From Dehalococcoidia bacterium (GTDB lineage Bacteria; Chloroflexota; Dehalococcoidia; Lucifugimonadales; Australimonadaceae): a DNA stretch of 64,000 nucleotides. This document shows positions 44,960 through 54,895 of this stretch, piece by piece. The notes beneath the pieces are model-generated. The model worked only from the letters and a program-made list of their open reading frames with translations, was not told the DNA's origin and did no database searches. The stretch covers positions 129,726 through 193,725 of the forward strand of contig CBDCOP010000004.1 of assembly GCA_965219845.1 (NCBI GenBank). The letters are read 5' to 3'. Numbering within the stretch: the stretch's first letter is position 1; every line of letters starts with the position of its first letter. The translations under genes and the position numbers were made by a program.

Positions 44960-45125
44960 GTGCTTACCCTCCTCTGCTGAGTGTTCGGGGCAGATTCTAC
45001 ATCCCCGCATGGCATGAGTGTCAATGTTTAGCATACGACTTTTCCGGACTTTAGCTTAGCCAGAGGTTTATACAAAGTATAAGAATCGTCCAGAACGCAC
45101 CGCGTTCCACTCCTGATTCGCTACA

Positions 45126-45647
45126 ATGAGTCCCTCTCATCCACTCACGAGCCACGTACCTGCCAGCCGAGGTTGCTCCTTGCCCGACGAACTGATCGTA
45201 CTCCTCACAGCGATGACGCCCATCGGTGAACTGCGCGCCTCCATACCCCTCGCCATCACCTCCATGGAGATGCCCTGGCCCCGGGCGCTCGGCTTGTCCA
45301 TCGTCGGCAACATCATTCCCGTGCCGTTCATCCTCTATGCACTGCGTACCGTTGGCGCTCGCATCGAGGCGCAGCAGAACGTCGCCGGGCGCATCCTGCG
45401 CTGGCGCACCGCCCGTATCCAGCAGTCTTGGGGGCCGCGGGTGCAGCGCTATGGCTTCCTCGGTATCGTGCTCGCGGTCGCCATTCCCTTGCCGCTCACC
45501 GGCGCATGGACCGGCGCACTGGTCGTTTGGACGCTGCACGAGCCTGTCCGCCGCGGACTACCGGCGATCGCGGTCGGCGTCGTGATAGCAGGCGTCATCG
45601 TAACGAGCCTGACGCTCGCCGGCATCGAACTCATCCGCCTTACATAG
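45126..45647 (+). CDS. small multidrug export-like membrane protein (COG2426 type)
   Basis: 'LTAMTPIGELRASIPLAI' is the family signature. A TTG at 45180 (after GAGG) is an alternative start. Confidence 0.65.
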   Translation: MSPSHPLTSHVPASRGCSLPDELIVLLTAMTPIGELRASIPLAITSMEMPWPRALGLSIVGNIIPVPFILYALRTVGARIEAQQNVAGRILRWRTARIQQSWGPRVQRYGFLGIVLAVAIPLPLTGAWTGALVVWTLHEPVRRGLPAIAVGVVIAGVIVTSLTLAGIELIRLT

Positions 45648-45796
45648 GCGCCCTATTCGTAGGTGCCCGCACGTCGTCGCTGTGCCATGTGCCCCTTGAC
45701 AGCTGCACCTGAGCCACTGCCCTGCCCTACCGGTCCCGACGACCCGACTTGTGGACGTATACAATCGGGGAACGGCATCCGTTGCCGTGGAAGAGA

Positions 45797-46291
45797 ATGT
45801 TGAATCCTTGGGGAAAGACGAAGCGCAACCACGGGCTGGAGCACGCGACGATCGCGCTGCTGCTCTTGCCGTCGGTCAGTGGCAGGCCGATGGCCGGCTA
45901 TTCCATACCGACGGGGTTCCTGGTTCTCGGCGACATCCCCACCGAGCAGGTGGAAGAATCGGCGCACGAGGCGCTTCGGCGTATGCAGGCGGGAGAGGGC
46001 AGCCTGGCTGTTTCTCCGTTCTGCGGGACCAACATCGTGGTGGGCGCGGGCCTGGCGACACTGGCATCCCTGGCGGGCTACCGCATGGCCGGAGGCGGAA
46101 GCCGGGGAATGAGCCGCGCCTTCTCGAACACGATGTTCGCCATCGTTGCTTCGCGTCCCCTCGGGCGGATCGTCCAGGAGCGTTGCACGACGTCAGCGGA
46201 CGTCGGAGGGATGTCCATCCTGAGCGTGAAACGTCACCGTCTGGGGCCGGTCACCGTGCACTGGGTGGCAACGCGGTTCGGGCCCGGCTGA
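45797..46291 (+). CDS. conserved hypothetical protein
   Basis: The 'NHGLEHATIALL' and 'SPFCGTN' segments look like a conserved family I cannot name with certainty. The track start GTG 45749 is also possible. Confidence 0.45.
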   Translation: MLNPWGKTKRNHGLEHATIALLLLPSVSGRPMAGYSIPTGFLVLGDIPTEQVEESAHEALRRMQAGEGSLAVSPFCGTNIVVGAGLATLASLAGYRMAGGGSRGMSRAFSNTMFAIVASRPLGRIVQERCTTSADVGGMSILSVKRHRLGPVTVHWVATRFGPG

Positions 46292-46307
46292 GGAAACTTC
46301 CGCGCCG

Positions 46308-47090
46308 TTACCGTCCGACGAAGACCGGCGGACGCTTCTCGACGAACGCAGTGTGGCCTTCCCGCCTGTCCTCGGTGAGCGCAAGCATCGCCGAGCAGCG
46401 CTGCTCGTACTGGATGCCGCTGTCCAGGTCCACGTCCATCGCCACGTTGACCGCGTTCTTGATGCTGGCGAGCGAGAGCGGCGGGAGCTCCAGGAGCCGC
46501 GCCGCCCAGGCGCGCGCCTCGGTCATCAACGCCCCTGGCGACGAAACTGCGTTCACGAGCCCCCATGTGTTCGCGGTCTGCGCGTCGATGAACCTACCGA
46601 AAAGCATCATCTCCTTGGCGCGCGCAGGGCCGACGAGGCGGGGCAGGCGTTGCGTCCCGCCCGCGCCCGGCAGGATGCCGAGCGTCAGCTCCGGCAGGGC
46701 CATGCGTGCCTCGGAGCTCGCGACCCGCAGGTCGCACGCCATCGCCAGCTCGAGGCCGCCGCCCGCGGCGACGCCGTTGACTGCCGCGATGCTCACCTGG
46801 TTGAGACGCTCCAAGCGCCGGAACGTAGGAGAAATGACCGCGGACGTACGCGCCAGCGAGAGATCGTCCAGGTTCTCGGCGCGCTCTTTGATGTCCGCGC
46901 CTGCACAGAACGCCCGGCCTGAGCCGGTCACGATCAGGACACGGACATCCTCGTTCGTCTCCAGGTGTGTGACGAGGTCCTGGAGCTCCTCGGTGACCTC
47001 ACGGCTGATGGCGTTCAAGCGCTCCTGCCGGTTGAGTGTCAGCACGCCGAGGCGCCCCTCGGTCTCGAACTTGATCGTCTGGTAGGTCAT
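46308..47090 (-). CDS. enoyl-CoA hydratase/isomerase (crotonase) family protein
   Basis: Start at Met103 (ATG 47090). 'VLTLNRQERLNA', 'GSGRAFCAGADI' and 'AAVNGVAAGGGLELAMACD' are present. The upstream part of the track ORF overlaps the tRNA. Confidence 0.85.
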   Translation of the reverse strand: MTYQTIKFETEGRLGVLTLNRQERLNAISREVTEELQDLVTHLETNEDVRVLIVTGSGRAFCAGADIKERAENLDDLSLARTSAVISPTFRRLERLNQVSIAAVNGVAAGGGLELAMACDLRVASSEARMALPELTLGILPGAGGTQRLPRLVGPARAKEMMLFGRFIDAQTANTWGLVNAVSSPGALMTEARAWAARLLELPPLSLASIKNAVNVAMDVDLDSGIQYEQRCSAMLALTEDRREGHTAFVEKRPPVFVGR

Positions 47091-47191
47091 GGGATGCACC
47101 GCCTCCGCGTCTTGTGAAGGATACAAGCGTAACCGGAGCGCACGGAGGGTTGATTGACCCCCATGCGCCCCGGCACTATAGTCGAAGAGAG

Positions 47192-47268
47192 GCCCCAGTA
47201 GCTCAGTAGGATAGAGCGGCTGCCTTCTAAGCAGCGGGTCACGGGTTCGAATCCTGTCTGGGGCACCA
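47192..47268 (+). tRNA. tRNA-Arg (anticodon TCT)
   Basis: Acceptor stem GCCCCAG/CTGGGGC, D stem GCTC/GAGC, anticodon stem GCTGC/GCAGC with loop CT-TCT-AA, T arm ACGGG-TTCGAAT-CCTGT, and an encoded CCA. Confidence 0.9.
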
Positions 47269-47277
47269 CTCCCCGCC

Positions 47278-48027
47278 TCACACGTCCAGTTGACCTCCCA
47301 GGTCGAAGTCCATGCCTTCGAAGAGCGGCAGCGCGGGTTCGGCGGAGGATTCGCGGCGCATCTCCGCCTGCATCGCGCGGAGGAGGCTGATCGCAACGTC
47401 TATGTACTCGGCCGTAAGCGGGACCGAGAGCCGTCGCCCGGCAGCCGCGATGTGAAGCCCGTCGGACGATAGCTCTTCCGGCGGCGGCTCAGGAGCAGCA
47501 CCCAGAGATTCCGTAGCAATCCTCTGGCGGTCAACAGAATGTTCTGCCTTTTTCTCTGCCCTGGCAGGCCGGCCCAGAACACGGATGGCGTCGGTCAGGT
47601 GCTTCTGTATGAGCGGAGCCCGCTTGACGATCTCGTCTCGGGGTGCGCGAGAGATCTCCTCGAGCCCCACCAGGAGGCTCATGTCGTCGGGCACCTCACC
47701 CTCAAAGCGCGTGTAGAGCTGGCTCAGTAACTCGACACGCTGGAACGCTTCTGCCGTTGCTTCGAGGCCCTCCTCAGAGTTTGTAGGGTGGAGGACCCGC
47801 TGGGCCAGCTGCGAGACGCGGAGCTCGCCGCGGCCTTCCACGAGACCGAAGTCGCGCAGCGCGGCGACCTTTGCGAACAGGGTACCGCTCCCCTCGGCCA
47901 TCCCCAGTTCCCATGCGAGTCCCTTGACGCTCACCGTGCCCTTGAACTTGTTCAGGATCCGGTTCGCTATCTCGACTGCGTCGCCGAACCTGATGTCCGG
48001 GTAGCTGTACTGCCCCAGTTTCGCCAT
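47278..48027 (-). CDS. hypothetical protein
   Basis: 249 aa with balanced composition. Its stop is 9 nt from the tRNA 3' end. No motif recognised. Confidence 0.5.
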   Translation of the reverse strand: MAKLGQYSYPDIRFGDAVEIANRILNKFKGTVSVKGLAWELGMAEGSGTLFAKVAALRDFGLVEGRGELRVSQLAQRVLHPTNSEEGLEATAEAFQRVELLSQLYTRFEGEVPDDMSLLVGLEEISRAPRDEIVKRAPLIQKHLTDAIRVLGRPARAEKKAEHSVDRQRIATESLGAAPEPPPEELSSDGLHIAAAGRRLSVPLTAEYIDVAISLLRAMQAEMRRESSAEPALPLFEGMDFDLGGQLDV

Positions 48028-48465
48028 TTCCTCTCCCTCCGCTTCTGTTCATTCTGCCGCGACCCAGAGTTTCTCTGCGCGCTTGGAGAATTCTGCAGGA
48101 GCGGCGCAGACAAAACAACAGGGTATTGCTACGGGTTTCTCTGTGTTTCTCTGAGGCCTTATCTGGAAACTGCTACGTGCACTCCTGCAAACCGCTCCAC
48201 AGAACCCTGAATCTTCCGGTTTCCGCCTGCCATCCCGCCTGTCATTCAGGGCTTGCGTGTTCGGCCGAGCGCGTGCTTGCGAAGTATGGCCGAAAGGAGC
48301 GCACGGAAGCGTTTCAACGCACCAGAGATGGCCTGGAATGTCGTTACATCCCGATGGAGGCGCCGTACGAGGGTCCACAGGCGTGCGGACTTGTCCTCGG
48401 GTACCTGCGGACTTACGATTGCCCTAGGAATATCGCTTCCCCGGGGACGTCTGCAGGAGGAGTTG

Positions 48466-48918
48466 ATGGTCAAGGTTGGCGAAGTGGCGCCTGATTTCAC
48501 CGCGGCGGCGGACACCGGTGCGGACTTCACGCTCGGGTCGATGCGCGGCAGGAAAGTGGTCCTCTACTTCCACCCCAGGGACAACACTCCGGGTTGCACG
48601 CAGGAGGCCTGCGACTTCCGAGACCTCTCCCCTACCCTCTCTGAGAAGAACACGGTCGTCATCGGGGTCAGCACCGACAGCGTGATGTCGCACCAGAACT
48701 TCAAGAGCAGGTACTCCCTGCCCTTCACCCTCGTTGCGGACCCGGAAAGGAAGATCGTCAACCAGTACGGAGTGTGGGTCGAGAAGAAGAACTATGGGCG
48801 CTCCTACATGGGTGTGGCCCGCACGACCCTCGTCATCGACGAAGCGGGCATCATCGAGCGGATATTCGAGGACGTAAGGGCCAAGGGTCACGTCGGCGCA
48901 GTCCTTGGATCGCTCTAG
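48466..48918 (+). CDS. bcp: thioredoxin-dependent thiol peroxidase (peroxiredoxin Bcp)
   Basis: Start at ATG 48466, after AGGAGGAG. 'VVLYFHPRDNTPGCTQEAC' is present. Confidence 0.85.
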   Translation: MVKVGEVAPDFTAAADTGADFTLGSMRGRKVVLYFHPRDNTPGCTQEACDFRDLSPTLSEKNTVVIGVSTDSVMSHQNFKSRYSLPFTLVADPERKIVNQYGVWVEKKNYGRSYMGVARTTLVIDEAGIIERIFEDVRAKGHVGAVLGSL

Positions 48919-49759
48919 CGCAGTGTTGCCTGCACCGATACGAGGCCGAAGCGGCCTCTGCGATACGCTGTGGCAGGGCGCCTTCGCAGCCGCGCTACCG
49001 TTGATGCTCCTCGGTACCGCGTGTACGTCAACTCCTGAGAGCGAGCCTGTCCTGCTGGCAGGTGTCGCCACGAGTATCCGGCCGGTCGTCGCCGAACTGG
49101 CGGAGCGATTCGAGGCCGATCACGGAATATCCGTAACGCTCGTCGCCGGCGCGTCCGGCACACTGGCTGAGCAACTGCGCCAGGGCGCCCCCCTCGATCT
49201 GATCATCTCGGCGGACAGTCGATACACGTCCGCTCTCGCAGCTGAGGGTCTGCTCGACCCGGACAGCATAGCTGTGCTTGCAACCGGCGAACTGATCGCC
49301 ATCACGAACCGCGACGACCCTGCGGACGACGCCGCGACGCTATTGCGCGACAGCACGGTCCAACACGTGGCGCTGGCGAACCCGGACCTCGCCCCATACG
49401 GCGATGCGGCGAGACGCTACCTCCAGGACCAGCACCTCTGGAAAGAAACAGCGGAGCGCGTCGTGTACGGCGAGAACGTCGCGCAGGCGTTCCAGTTCGT
49501 TGCCAGCAGCAATGCGGAGTTGGGCTTCGTCCCGCGTTCCCTGTTGGTCGCTTCGGATGCTCGAGGTATACGCGCGCTGGCTCCGCTGCCCCCGGAGGCG
49601 AGCGCCAACCTGCAAGTCACCGTGGGTGTCAGCGTGAAGTCGGACTCCGCCGATGCGGCCGGTCGCTTCATTCAGTCACTGGGCGATGAACGTGCGCTCG
49701 AGACCTGGCAACGGTTCGGCTACGCGTTCCATGTTGGTAAGGTTGACGGCGCGGAGTAA
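48905..49759 (+). CDS. modA: molybdate ABC transporter substrate-binding protein
   Basis: Lipobox-like 'LMLLGTAC', 'VTLVAGASGTLAEQLRQGAPLDLIISAD' and 'LANPDLAPYG' are present. The TTG start is uncertain. Confidence 0.8.
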   Translation: MDRSSAVLPAPIRGRSGLCDTLWQGAFAAALPLMLLGTACTSTPESEPVLLAGVATSIRPVVAELAERFEADHGISVTLVAGASGTLAEQLRQGAPLDLIISADSRYTSALAAEGLLDPDSIAVLATGELIAITNRDDPADDAATLLRDSTVQHVALANPDLAPYGDAARRYLQDQHLWKETAERVVYGENVAQAFQFVASSNAELGFVPRSLLVASDARGIRALAPLPPEASANLQVTVGVSVKSDSADAAGRFIQSLGDERALETWQRFGYAFHVGKVDGAE

Positions 49760-49761
49760 CG

Positions 49762-50430
49762 ATGGACTGGGACGCCCTCAGACTGAGCCTGCAGACCGGC
49801 CTTGCGAGCACCATGCTCGCATTGGTTGTCGGCATCCCGGTTGCCTGGGGGCTCTCGCGTTTACACGGTTGGGCGCACGACCTGCTCTCTACCGCCGTGC
49901 TCGTCCCCATGGTGCTGCCGCCCACTGTGCTGGGTTACTACCTGCTGCTGGCGGTCGGGCGCAACTCTCCCCTCGGCGGAGCGCTGGATGCCTTGTTCGG
50001 CTTCAGTTTCGTTTTCGAATGGAGCGGGGCGGTGCTCGCGGCCTTCTTCGTTTCGGCGCCATTCCTCGTACGGACCGCGCAGGCGGGGTTCGAGTCGGTG
50101 GACCATACACTGGAAGACGCGGCCCGCACGCTTGGGCAGACCGAGTGGAGCGTCTTCACCCGGATAACGCTTCCTCTCGCCTGGCGCTCGGTGATGACCG
50201 GCGTCAGCCTTGCGCTCGCGCGGGCTGTCGGCGAGTTCGGCGCAACGCTCATGGTGGCGGGAAGCATCCCCGGACGCACGCGCACGATGCCCATCGCCAT
50301 CTACGAGGCCGTGCTGACCGGACGGACGAGCGAGGCGCAGGTGCTCGCGCTCACCCTCACCCTCGCTGCCAGCGGCCTGCTCGTCGCCGTTGCGTTCGGG
50401 ATGCGACGGAGAGGCGTGCGCCTGCGCTAG
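49762..50430 (+). CDS. modB: molybdate ABC transporter permease
   Basis: 222 aa. 'EDAARTLGQTEWSVFTRITLPLA' is the EAA loop, and 'GEFGATLMVAGSIPG' is present. Confidence 0.85.
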   Translation: MDWDALRLSLQTGLASTMLALVVGIPVAWGLSRLHGWAHDLLSTAVLVPMVLPPTVLGYYLLLAVGRNSPLGGALDALFGFSFVFEWSGAVLAAFFVSAPFLVRTAQAGFESVDHTLEDAARTLGQTEWSVFTRITLPLAWRSVMTGVSLALARAVGEFGATLMVAGSIPGRTRTMPIAIYEAVLTGRTSEAQVLALTLTLAASGLLVAVAFGMRRRGVRLR

Positions 50431-50518
50431 CCTGGACGCGAAGGGACAGCGAGCCTCCTTGTTCCGACAGACGTATCATATAGAGAGACAGCCAGCACTC
50501 CTCGTGCGGAGGGACTGA

Positions 50519-51421
50519 ATGATGCGTGCCGCGGTACAGAACATCCGCTGGGAGACGGCGTTCCCCGTTCTCGCATTCGTGGGCGCGATGGCTGTCGCAG
50601 TCATCGGCGCATTCATCACGGGAACCGAGATCGGAGCCGTCACCGGGAGAGTGGAATCGGTGTCCGCGCAGTCCGGCAACCTGCTCGGCGATCTGGGCGA
50701 CCTGTTTCCCTTTGGCTTCGCGTTCAGCGCCGGCATGGTCTCCTCCGTCAACCCGTGCGGGTTCGCGATGCTCCCCGCCTACCTCGGTCTCTACCTCAGC
50801 GAGGGCGAAGCGGCAGATGCCACCGTAGGCAGCACCGCTTCGAGGCTGCGTCGAGCCCTTCTCGTCGGCGCAACGGTATCGGTGGGGTTCGTCGTCCTCT
50901 TCGCCGCCGTCGGCACCCCCATCGGGCTTGGGGCGCGAGGGATAGCGGACGCTTTCCCTTGGATCGGCCTCATCATAGGCGCGCTGCTCGTCCTGGCCGG
51001 GGCGTATCTCCTCTCGGGGGGCAAGCTCTACAACAACTTCGCGGCAAGCATCTCCGGGCGCTTCGGCAACGCGAACAGCAAGAGCGTGCGGAGCTACTTC
51101 ACGTTCGGCCTTGCATACGGCACCGCCTCACTCAGTTGCACCCTCCCCATCTTCCTGGCGGTGATCGGCGGCACTTTCACCGCTGAGACATTCCTGGACT
51201 CGGTGCTGCAGTTCGTCCTGTACGGACTGGGCATGGGCTCCGTCATACTGGCCCTGACCATCGGCATGGCCCTGTTCAAGGGCGCGATGACGGGCGCACT
51301 ACGGAAGGCGCTCCCGCATGTGGGCACGATAAGCGCCGTGATGCTGCTCGTCGCCGGCACGTTCATCGTCTACTACTGGTTGACGATCGGCGAGCTGCTG
51401 GAGCGCATCCGGGGCGCATAG
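50519..51421 (+). CDS. ccdA: cytochrome c biogenesis CcdA/DsbD-type membrane protein
   Basis: Polytopic, with 'VNPCGFAMLPAYL' and a second Cys in 'SLSCTLPIF'. Confidence 0.7.
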   Translation: MMRAAVQNIRWETAFPVLAFVGAMAVAVIGAFITGTEIGAVTGRVESVSAQSGNLLGDLGDLFPFGFAFSAGMVSSVNPCGFAMLPAYLGLYLSEGEAADATVGSTASRLRRALLVGATVSVGFVVLFAAVGTPIGLGARGIADAFPWIGLIIGALLVLAGAYLLSGGKLYNNFAASISGRFGNANSKSVRSYFTFGLAYGTASLSCTLPIFLAVIGGTFTAETFLDSVLQFVLYGLGMGSVILALTIGMALFKGAMTGALRKALPHVGTISAVMLLVAGTFIVYYWLTIGELLERIRGA

Positions 51422-51576
51422 TCCGCCCCGGTCCATCGGGCGATGCCCCACGGATGCTCATCGGCGCAGCGCGGCCACAGACCGCGACCTGTTGGCTTGT
51501 GTCCCACACGGCCTCGCCTCATGGTGAAACGTCCGCCCCGGCAGTCTTGTTACACTTCCTACGAGCGTATGCAGCC

Positions 51577-51609
51577 CCTTAATGCTCCGTTAAGCGTCCG
51601 CTTGCGTAG
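51577..51609 (+). promoter_or_regulatory. candidate Pho box: three 11-bp phased direct repeats
   Basis: The repeats are CCTTAATGCTC / CGTTAAGCGTC / CGCTTGCGTAG. They are followed by TACAAT at 51616-51621 and the regulator ATG at 51667. Confidence 0.3.
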
Positions 51610-51666
51610 TGGTCATACAATTCTGCAAACCCACAGGGGCTATCAGCCCCGAACGGAGCCAACTGC

Positions 51667-52356
51667 ATGACGGACCGCTCTGTGTTGGTGGTGGAAGACG
51701 AGGAGAACCTCGTAGAGGCGCTCCGTTACAACCTGGAGCACGAGGGTTATCGGGTGTTTACGGCGGCCGACGGCGGCAGCGGACTCGAAACGGCTCGTAC
51801 TGCCCTTCCCGACCTCGTCATCCTCGACGTGATGCTCCCCACCCTGGATGGACTCGAAGTCTGTCGCATCCTGCGGCGCGAGACTGACGTGCCCATCCTC
51901 ATGCTGACCGCGAAGGGTGAGGAGATAGACCGCGTCGTCGGGCTCGAGATCGGCGCGGACGACTACGTCACGAAGCCGTTCAGCATGCGTGAATTGATGG
52001 CCCGTGTCCGCGCTATGCTCAGGCGACCGCGCAAGACCGCGGTTAGCGAGATGGCTGAGCCCCTGCGCTCGGGGTCGCTTGCCGTGGATGTGGAAGCGCA
52101 TCAGGCTTCCCTCAACGGCGAGGAACTACGGTTGAAACCCCGGGAGTTCGACCTGCTCGCCCTCTTCATGCGGAACCGCGGTCGCGCTTTCACGCGTGAC
52201 CAGATGCTGGAGCAGCTCTGGGGGCATGACTACATCGGCGACGTCAGGACTGTTGACGTGCACGTGCGCTGGCTCCGTGAAAAGATAGAGGCTGACCCGT
52301 CGACTCCCGCGCGCATCATCACGATCCGGGGGGTCGGCTACCGCTTCGAAGGCTGA
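51667..52356 (+). CDS. phoB: OmpR/PhoB-family response regulator
   Basis: A receiver domain ('VLVVEDE', 'DLVILDVMLP', 'LTAKG') plus a winged-helix domain ('LRLKPREFDLL', 'IITIRGVGYRF'). The pst context supports the PhoB role. Confidence 0.8.
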   Translation: MTDRSVLVVEDEENLVEALRYNLEHEGYRVFTAADGGSGLETARTALPDLVILDVMLPTLDGLEVCRILRRETDVPILMLTAKGEEIDRVVGLEIGADDYVTKPFSMRELMARVRAMLRRPRKTAVSEMAEPLRSGSLAVDVEAHQASLNGEELRLKPREFDLLALFMRNRGRAFTRDQMLEQLWGHDYIGDVRTVDVHVRWLREKIEADPSTPARIITIRGVGYRFEG

Positions 52357-52368
52357 GGTGAGCCGCGC

Positions 52369-53739
52369 ATGGCCGGATTGCGGGGCGCTGCAATTGTCCT
52401 GGGAGCCCTGGCTTCCCTTTCGTTCCTTGTCGGAACGCTGGCTGTCGCCGCCTCTGAACCACTTATCGCACTCCTCTCTTTCCTTGTAGCTGCCGGCTTG
52501 CTCGTTGTGCTGGTCTGGGAACGCAGGATCGGCGCCGTCGCTGCCAGGGAGACGCGTGGGGCCGTAGCGGCGATGCGGCGCATCGCCGCAGGCCACTTCA
52601 ACGTGCAGACCGAGGAGTTCACCTCCACCACGCTGAGCGGCCTGCAGGCGCCATTCGCTGCGATGACAGAAGCGTTGGCCGCGCTCTTCGCGCAGCTCGC
52701 CGACCACCGCGAACAACTCACCGCTGTCCTCGACACGATGGCGGACGGCGTCATTCTGGTCGATCCCGAGAACCGCATCGCGCTTTCCAACCCCGCCGCG
52801 CATGAAATGCTCGCTACCGAAGCGCCCATCGGTACACCGCTGAGCTCCATACTGCGCGACCATGAGCTACGAGACCTCCTGGCGCTCTGCAGGGATTCCG
52901 GTGAACGCCAGCACGCGGAGCTCTCCCTTTCCAGCCCGCGGCGGAGCCTGAGTGCAACGGCGACCCCCATCACTGCCGAACCCGGCGAGACCGAACCGGA
53001 CGAGCCGGCAGCGTCCGTCCTCCTCACGCTGCACGACCTCACGCCCGTACGTCAGTTGGAGACCACCCGGCGGGAGTTCGTCGCCAACGTCTCCCACGAG
53101 CTGCGCAATCCTCTGGCATCGGTCAAGGCAATGGTCGAGACGCTGGAGGGCGGCGCTGTCAGCGACTCCGCAGCAGCGCCCGACTTCCTGGCACGCATCA
53201 ACCGTGAGGTCGATCGCATGAACGCCATGGTCAACGACCTGTTGGAGCTTTCGCGGATAGAGTACGGACAGTCCGGATTGCACCGGGAGCCTGTGGATGC
53301 CGCCGCCACTATCGCAGCTGTGCGCACCGACATGGAGCACCGTATCGCTGAAACGGGCGTCGCGGTGACCGTCAGCGTCCCTGGCGGGGTGGTCGCGCTT
53401 GGAGACGAAGAGAAACTGCGTCAGGTCGTAGCCAACCTGCTGGACAATGCACTGAAGTTCACCCCGCGCGGCGGCACGATAGAGCTGCACGCAAGCGACT
53501 CGGAACGGGACGGCGTGCTGGTCCAGGTGCGGGACAGTGGCCCCGGCATCGCGCCCGAGCATCTCCCTCACCTCTTCGAACGCTTCTACAAGGCGGACCG
53601 ATCGCGACGCGATCGGGGCACCGGGCTCGGGTTGGCGATAGCGAAGCACATCGTCGAATTGCACGGCGGCGAGATCGGTGTTGAGAGCAGCCAGGGCGCT
53701 GGCTCCACCTTCTGGTTCACGCTTCCCCGCGCTGCCTGA
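52369..53739 (+). CDS. phoR: sensor histidine kinase (PhoR-like)
   Basis: Two N-terminal TM helices, a HAMP/PAS-like region, H-box '[13 protein letters not shown]' and ATPase motifs 'NLLDNALKF', 'DSGPGI', 'GTGLGLAI'. Confidence 0.8.
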   Translation: MAGLRGAAIVLGALASLSFLVGTLAVAASEPLIALLSFLVAAGLLVVLVWERRIGAVAARETRGAVAAMRRIAAGHFNVQTEEFTSTTLSGLQAPFAAMTEALAALFAQLADHREQLTAVLDTMADGVILVDPENRIALSNPAAHEMLATEAPIGTPLSSILRDHELRDLLALCRDSGERQHAELSLSSPRRSLSATATPITAEPGETEPDEPAASVLLTLHDLTPVRQLETTRREFVANVSHELRNPLASVKAMVETLEGGAVSDSAAAPDFLARINREVDRMNAMVNDLLELSRIEYGQSGLHREPVDAAATIAAVRTDMEHRIAETGVAVTVSVPGGVVALGDEEKLRQVVANLLDNALKFTPRGGTIELHASDSERDGVLVQVRDSGPGIAPEHLPHLFERFYKADRSRRDRGTGLGLAIAKHIVELHGGEIGVESSQGAGSTFWFTLPRAA

Positions 53740-53768
53740 GGTCTATCCATACTGGAAACCTCCAACGC

Positions 53769-53790
53769 TGTTAATGTCCCGCTAAAGAAG
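53769..53790 (+). promoter_or_regulatory. candidate Pho box: two 11-bp phased repeats
   Basis: TGTTAATGTCC / CGCTAAAGAAG lie 68 nt upstream of the pstS ATG. Further CGTTAAC, GCTAAC and CGTAAC copies occur at 53802-53839. Confidence 0.25.
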
Positions 53791-53857
53791 CCCGTCGCTC
53801 GCCGTTAACCTCGCCTCCCTACGCTAACAACGTAACCCAACCCCTCAGGGAGGCAGG

Positions 53858-54784
53858 ATGATACCGACCAGATTCCTCAGACTCAGTGGGTTTTTGCTCA
53901 TCCTCACGGCGCTCGCCGCTTTCGTCAGCGCATGTGGCGACTCAACGCCGGGCCCAGCCCCGATCCAGATCGACGGTTCGTCTACTGTCTTCCCGGTAAC
54001 CCAGGCGGTCGCGGAGGAGTTCCGGAAGGAACAGTCCGACGTGCAGGTCAACGTCGCCGTCTCCGGCACCGGCGGAGGCTTCAAGCGCTTCACGGTCGGC
54101 GAGACCGACATCTCCAACGCTTCCAGGCCCATCAAGGACTCCGAGGCCGAGGCCGCTGCGGCCAATGGCATCGAGTTCATCGAGATGCGCATCGGCACCG
54201 ACGGACTCTCCGTGATGGTCAACACCGAGAACGACTTCGTGGAATGCCTCACCGTCGGGGAGCTCAATGAGGTCTGGAAGCCCGGCTCTACCATCAACAA
54301 CTGGCAGGACGTCCGCTCAGGGTTCCCTGACCAGCGTCTCCGACTTTACGGCCCGGACACCGACTCCGGCACGTTCGACTACTTCACGGAGGAGATCAAC
54401 GGTGACGCGCAGGTCTCCCGCGCCGACTACACCGCGTCTGCCGACGACAACGTGCTCGTCCAAGGCATCGCCGGCGACCGTGGCTCGCTCGGCTACTTCG
54501 GCTACGCCTACTACCAGGAGAACAAAGACAGCCTCAAGGTCATCGGTATCGACGACGGCGACGGCTGTGTCGTCCCGGAGTCCTCGACCATCGAGGATGG
54601 CTCCTACAAGCCCCTCTCCCGGCCGCTCTTCATCTACGTCAACGTTGCAAGCTTCCAGAAGCCTGAGGTACTCGCCTTCGTCGAGTACTACATGGACAAC
54701 GGCTACCAGCTGACCGGCGAGGAGGGCTACGTTCCTGTCGAGCGCAGCATCTACGCCGCCAACAAGGCTGCGGCCGGACTCTAG
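53858..54784 (+). CDS. pstS: phosphate ABC transporter substrate-binding lipoprotein
   Basis: Lipobox 'FVSACGDS', 'IDGSSTVFP', 'SGTGGGFK' and 'ASRPIK' are present. Confidence 0.85.
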   Translation: MIPTRFLRLSGFLLILTALAAFVSACGDSTPGPAPIQIDGSSTVFPVTQAVAEEFRKEQSDVQVNVAVSGTGGGFKRFTVGETDISNASRPIKDSEAEAAAANGIEFIEMRIGTDGLSVMVNTENDFVECLTVGELNEVWKPGSTINNWQDVRSGFPDQRLRLYGPDTDSGTFDYFTEEINGDAQVSRADYTASADDNVLVQGIAGDRGSLGYFGYAYYQENKDSLKVIGIDDGDGCVVPESSTIEDGSYKPLSRPLFIYVNVASFQKPEVLAFVEYYMDNGYQLTGEEGYVPVERSIYAANKAAAGL

Positions 54785-54895
54785 GGGCAGCGTCCCCTGT
54801 GGGGCGGTGGCCTTCCTCCCACGAGCAATGCTCGATGTGCCACCGCCCCACCTCCCTTTCGCTGGTCACCGGCACTGGACGAGACGAGGAATGTA

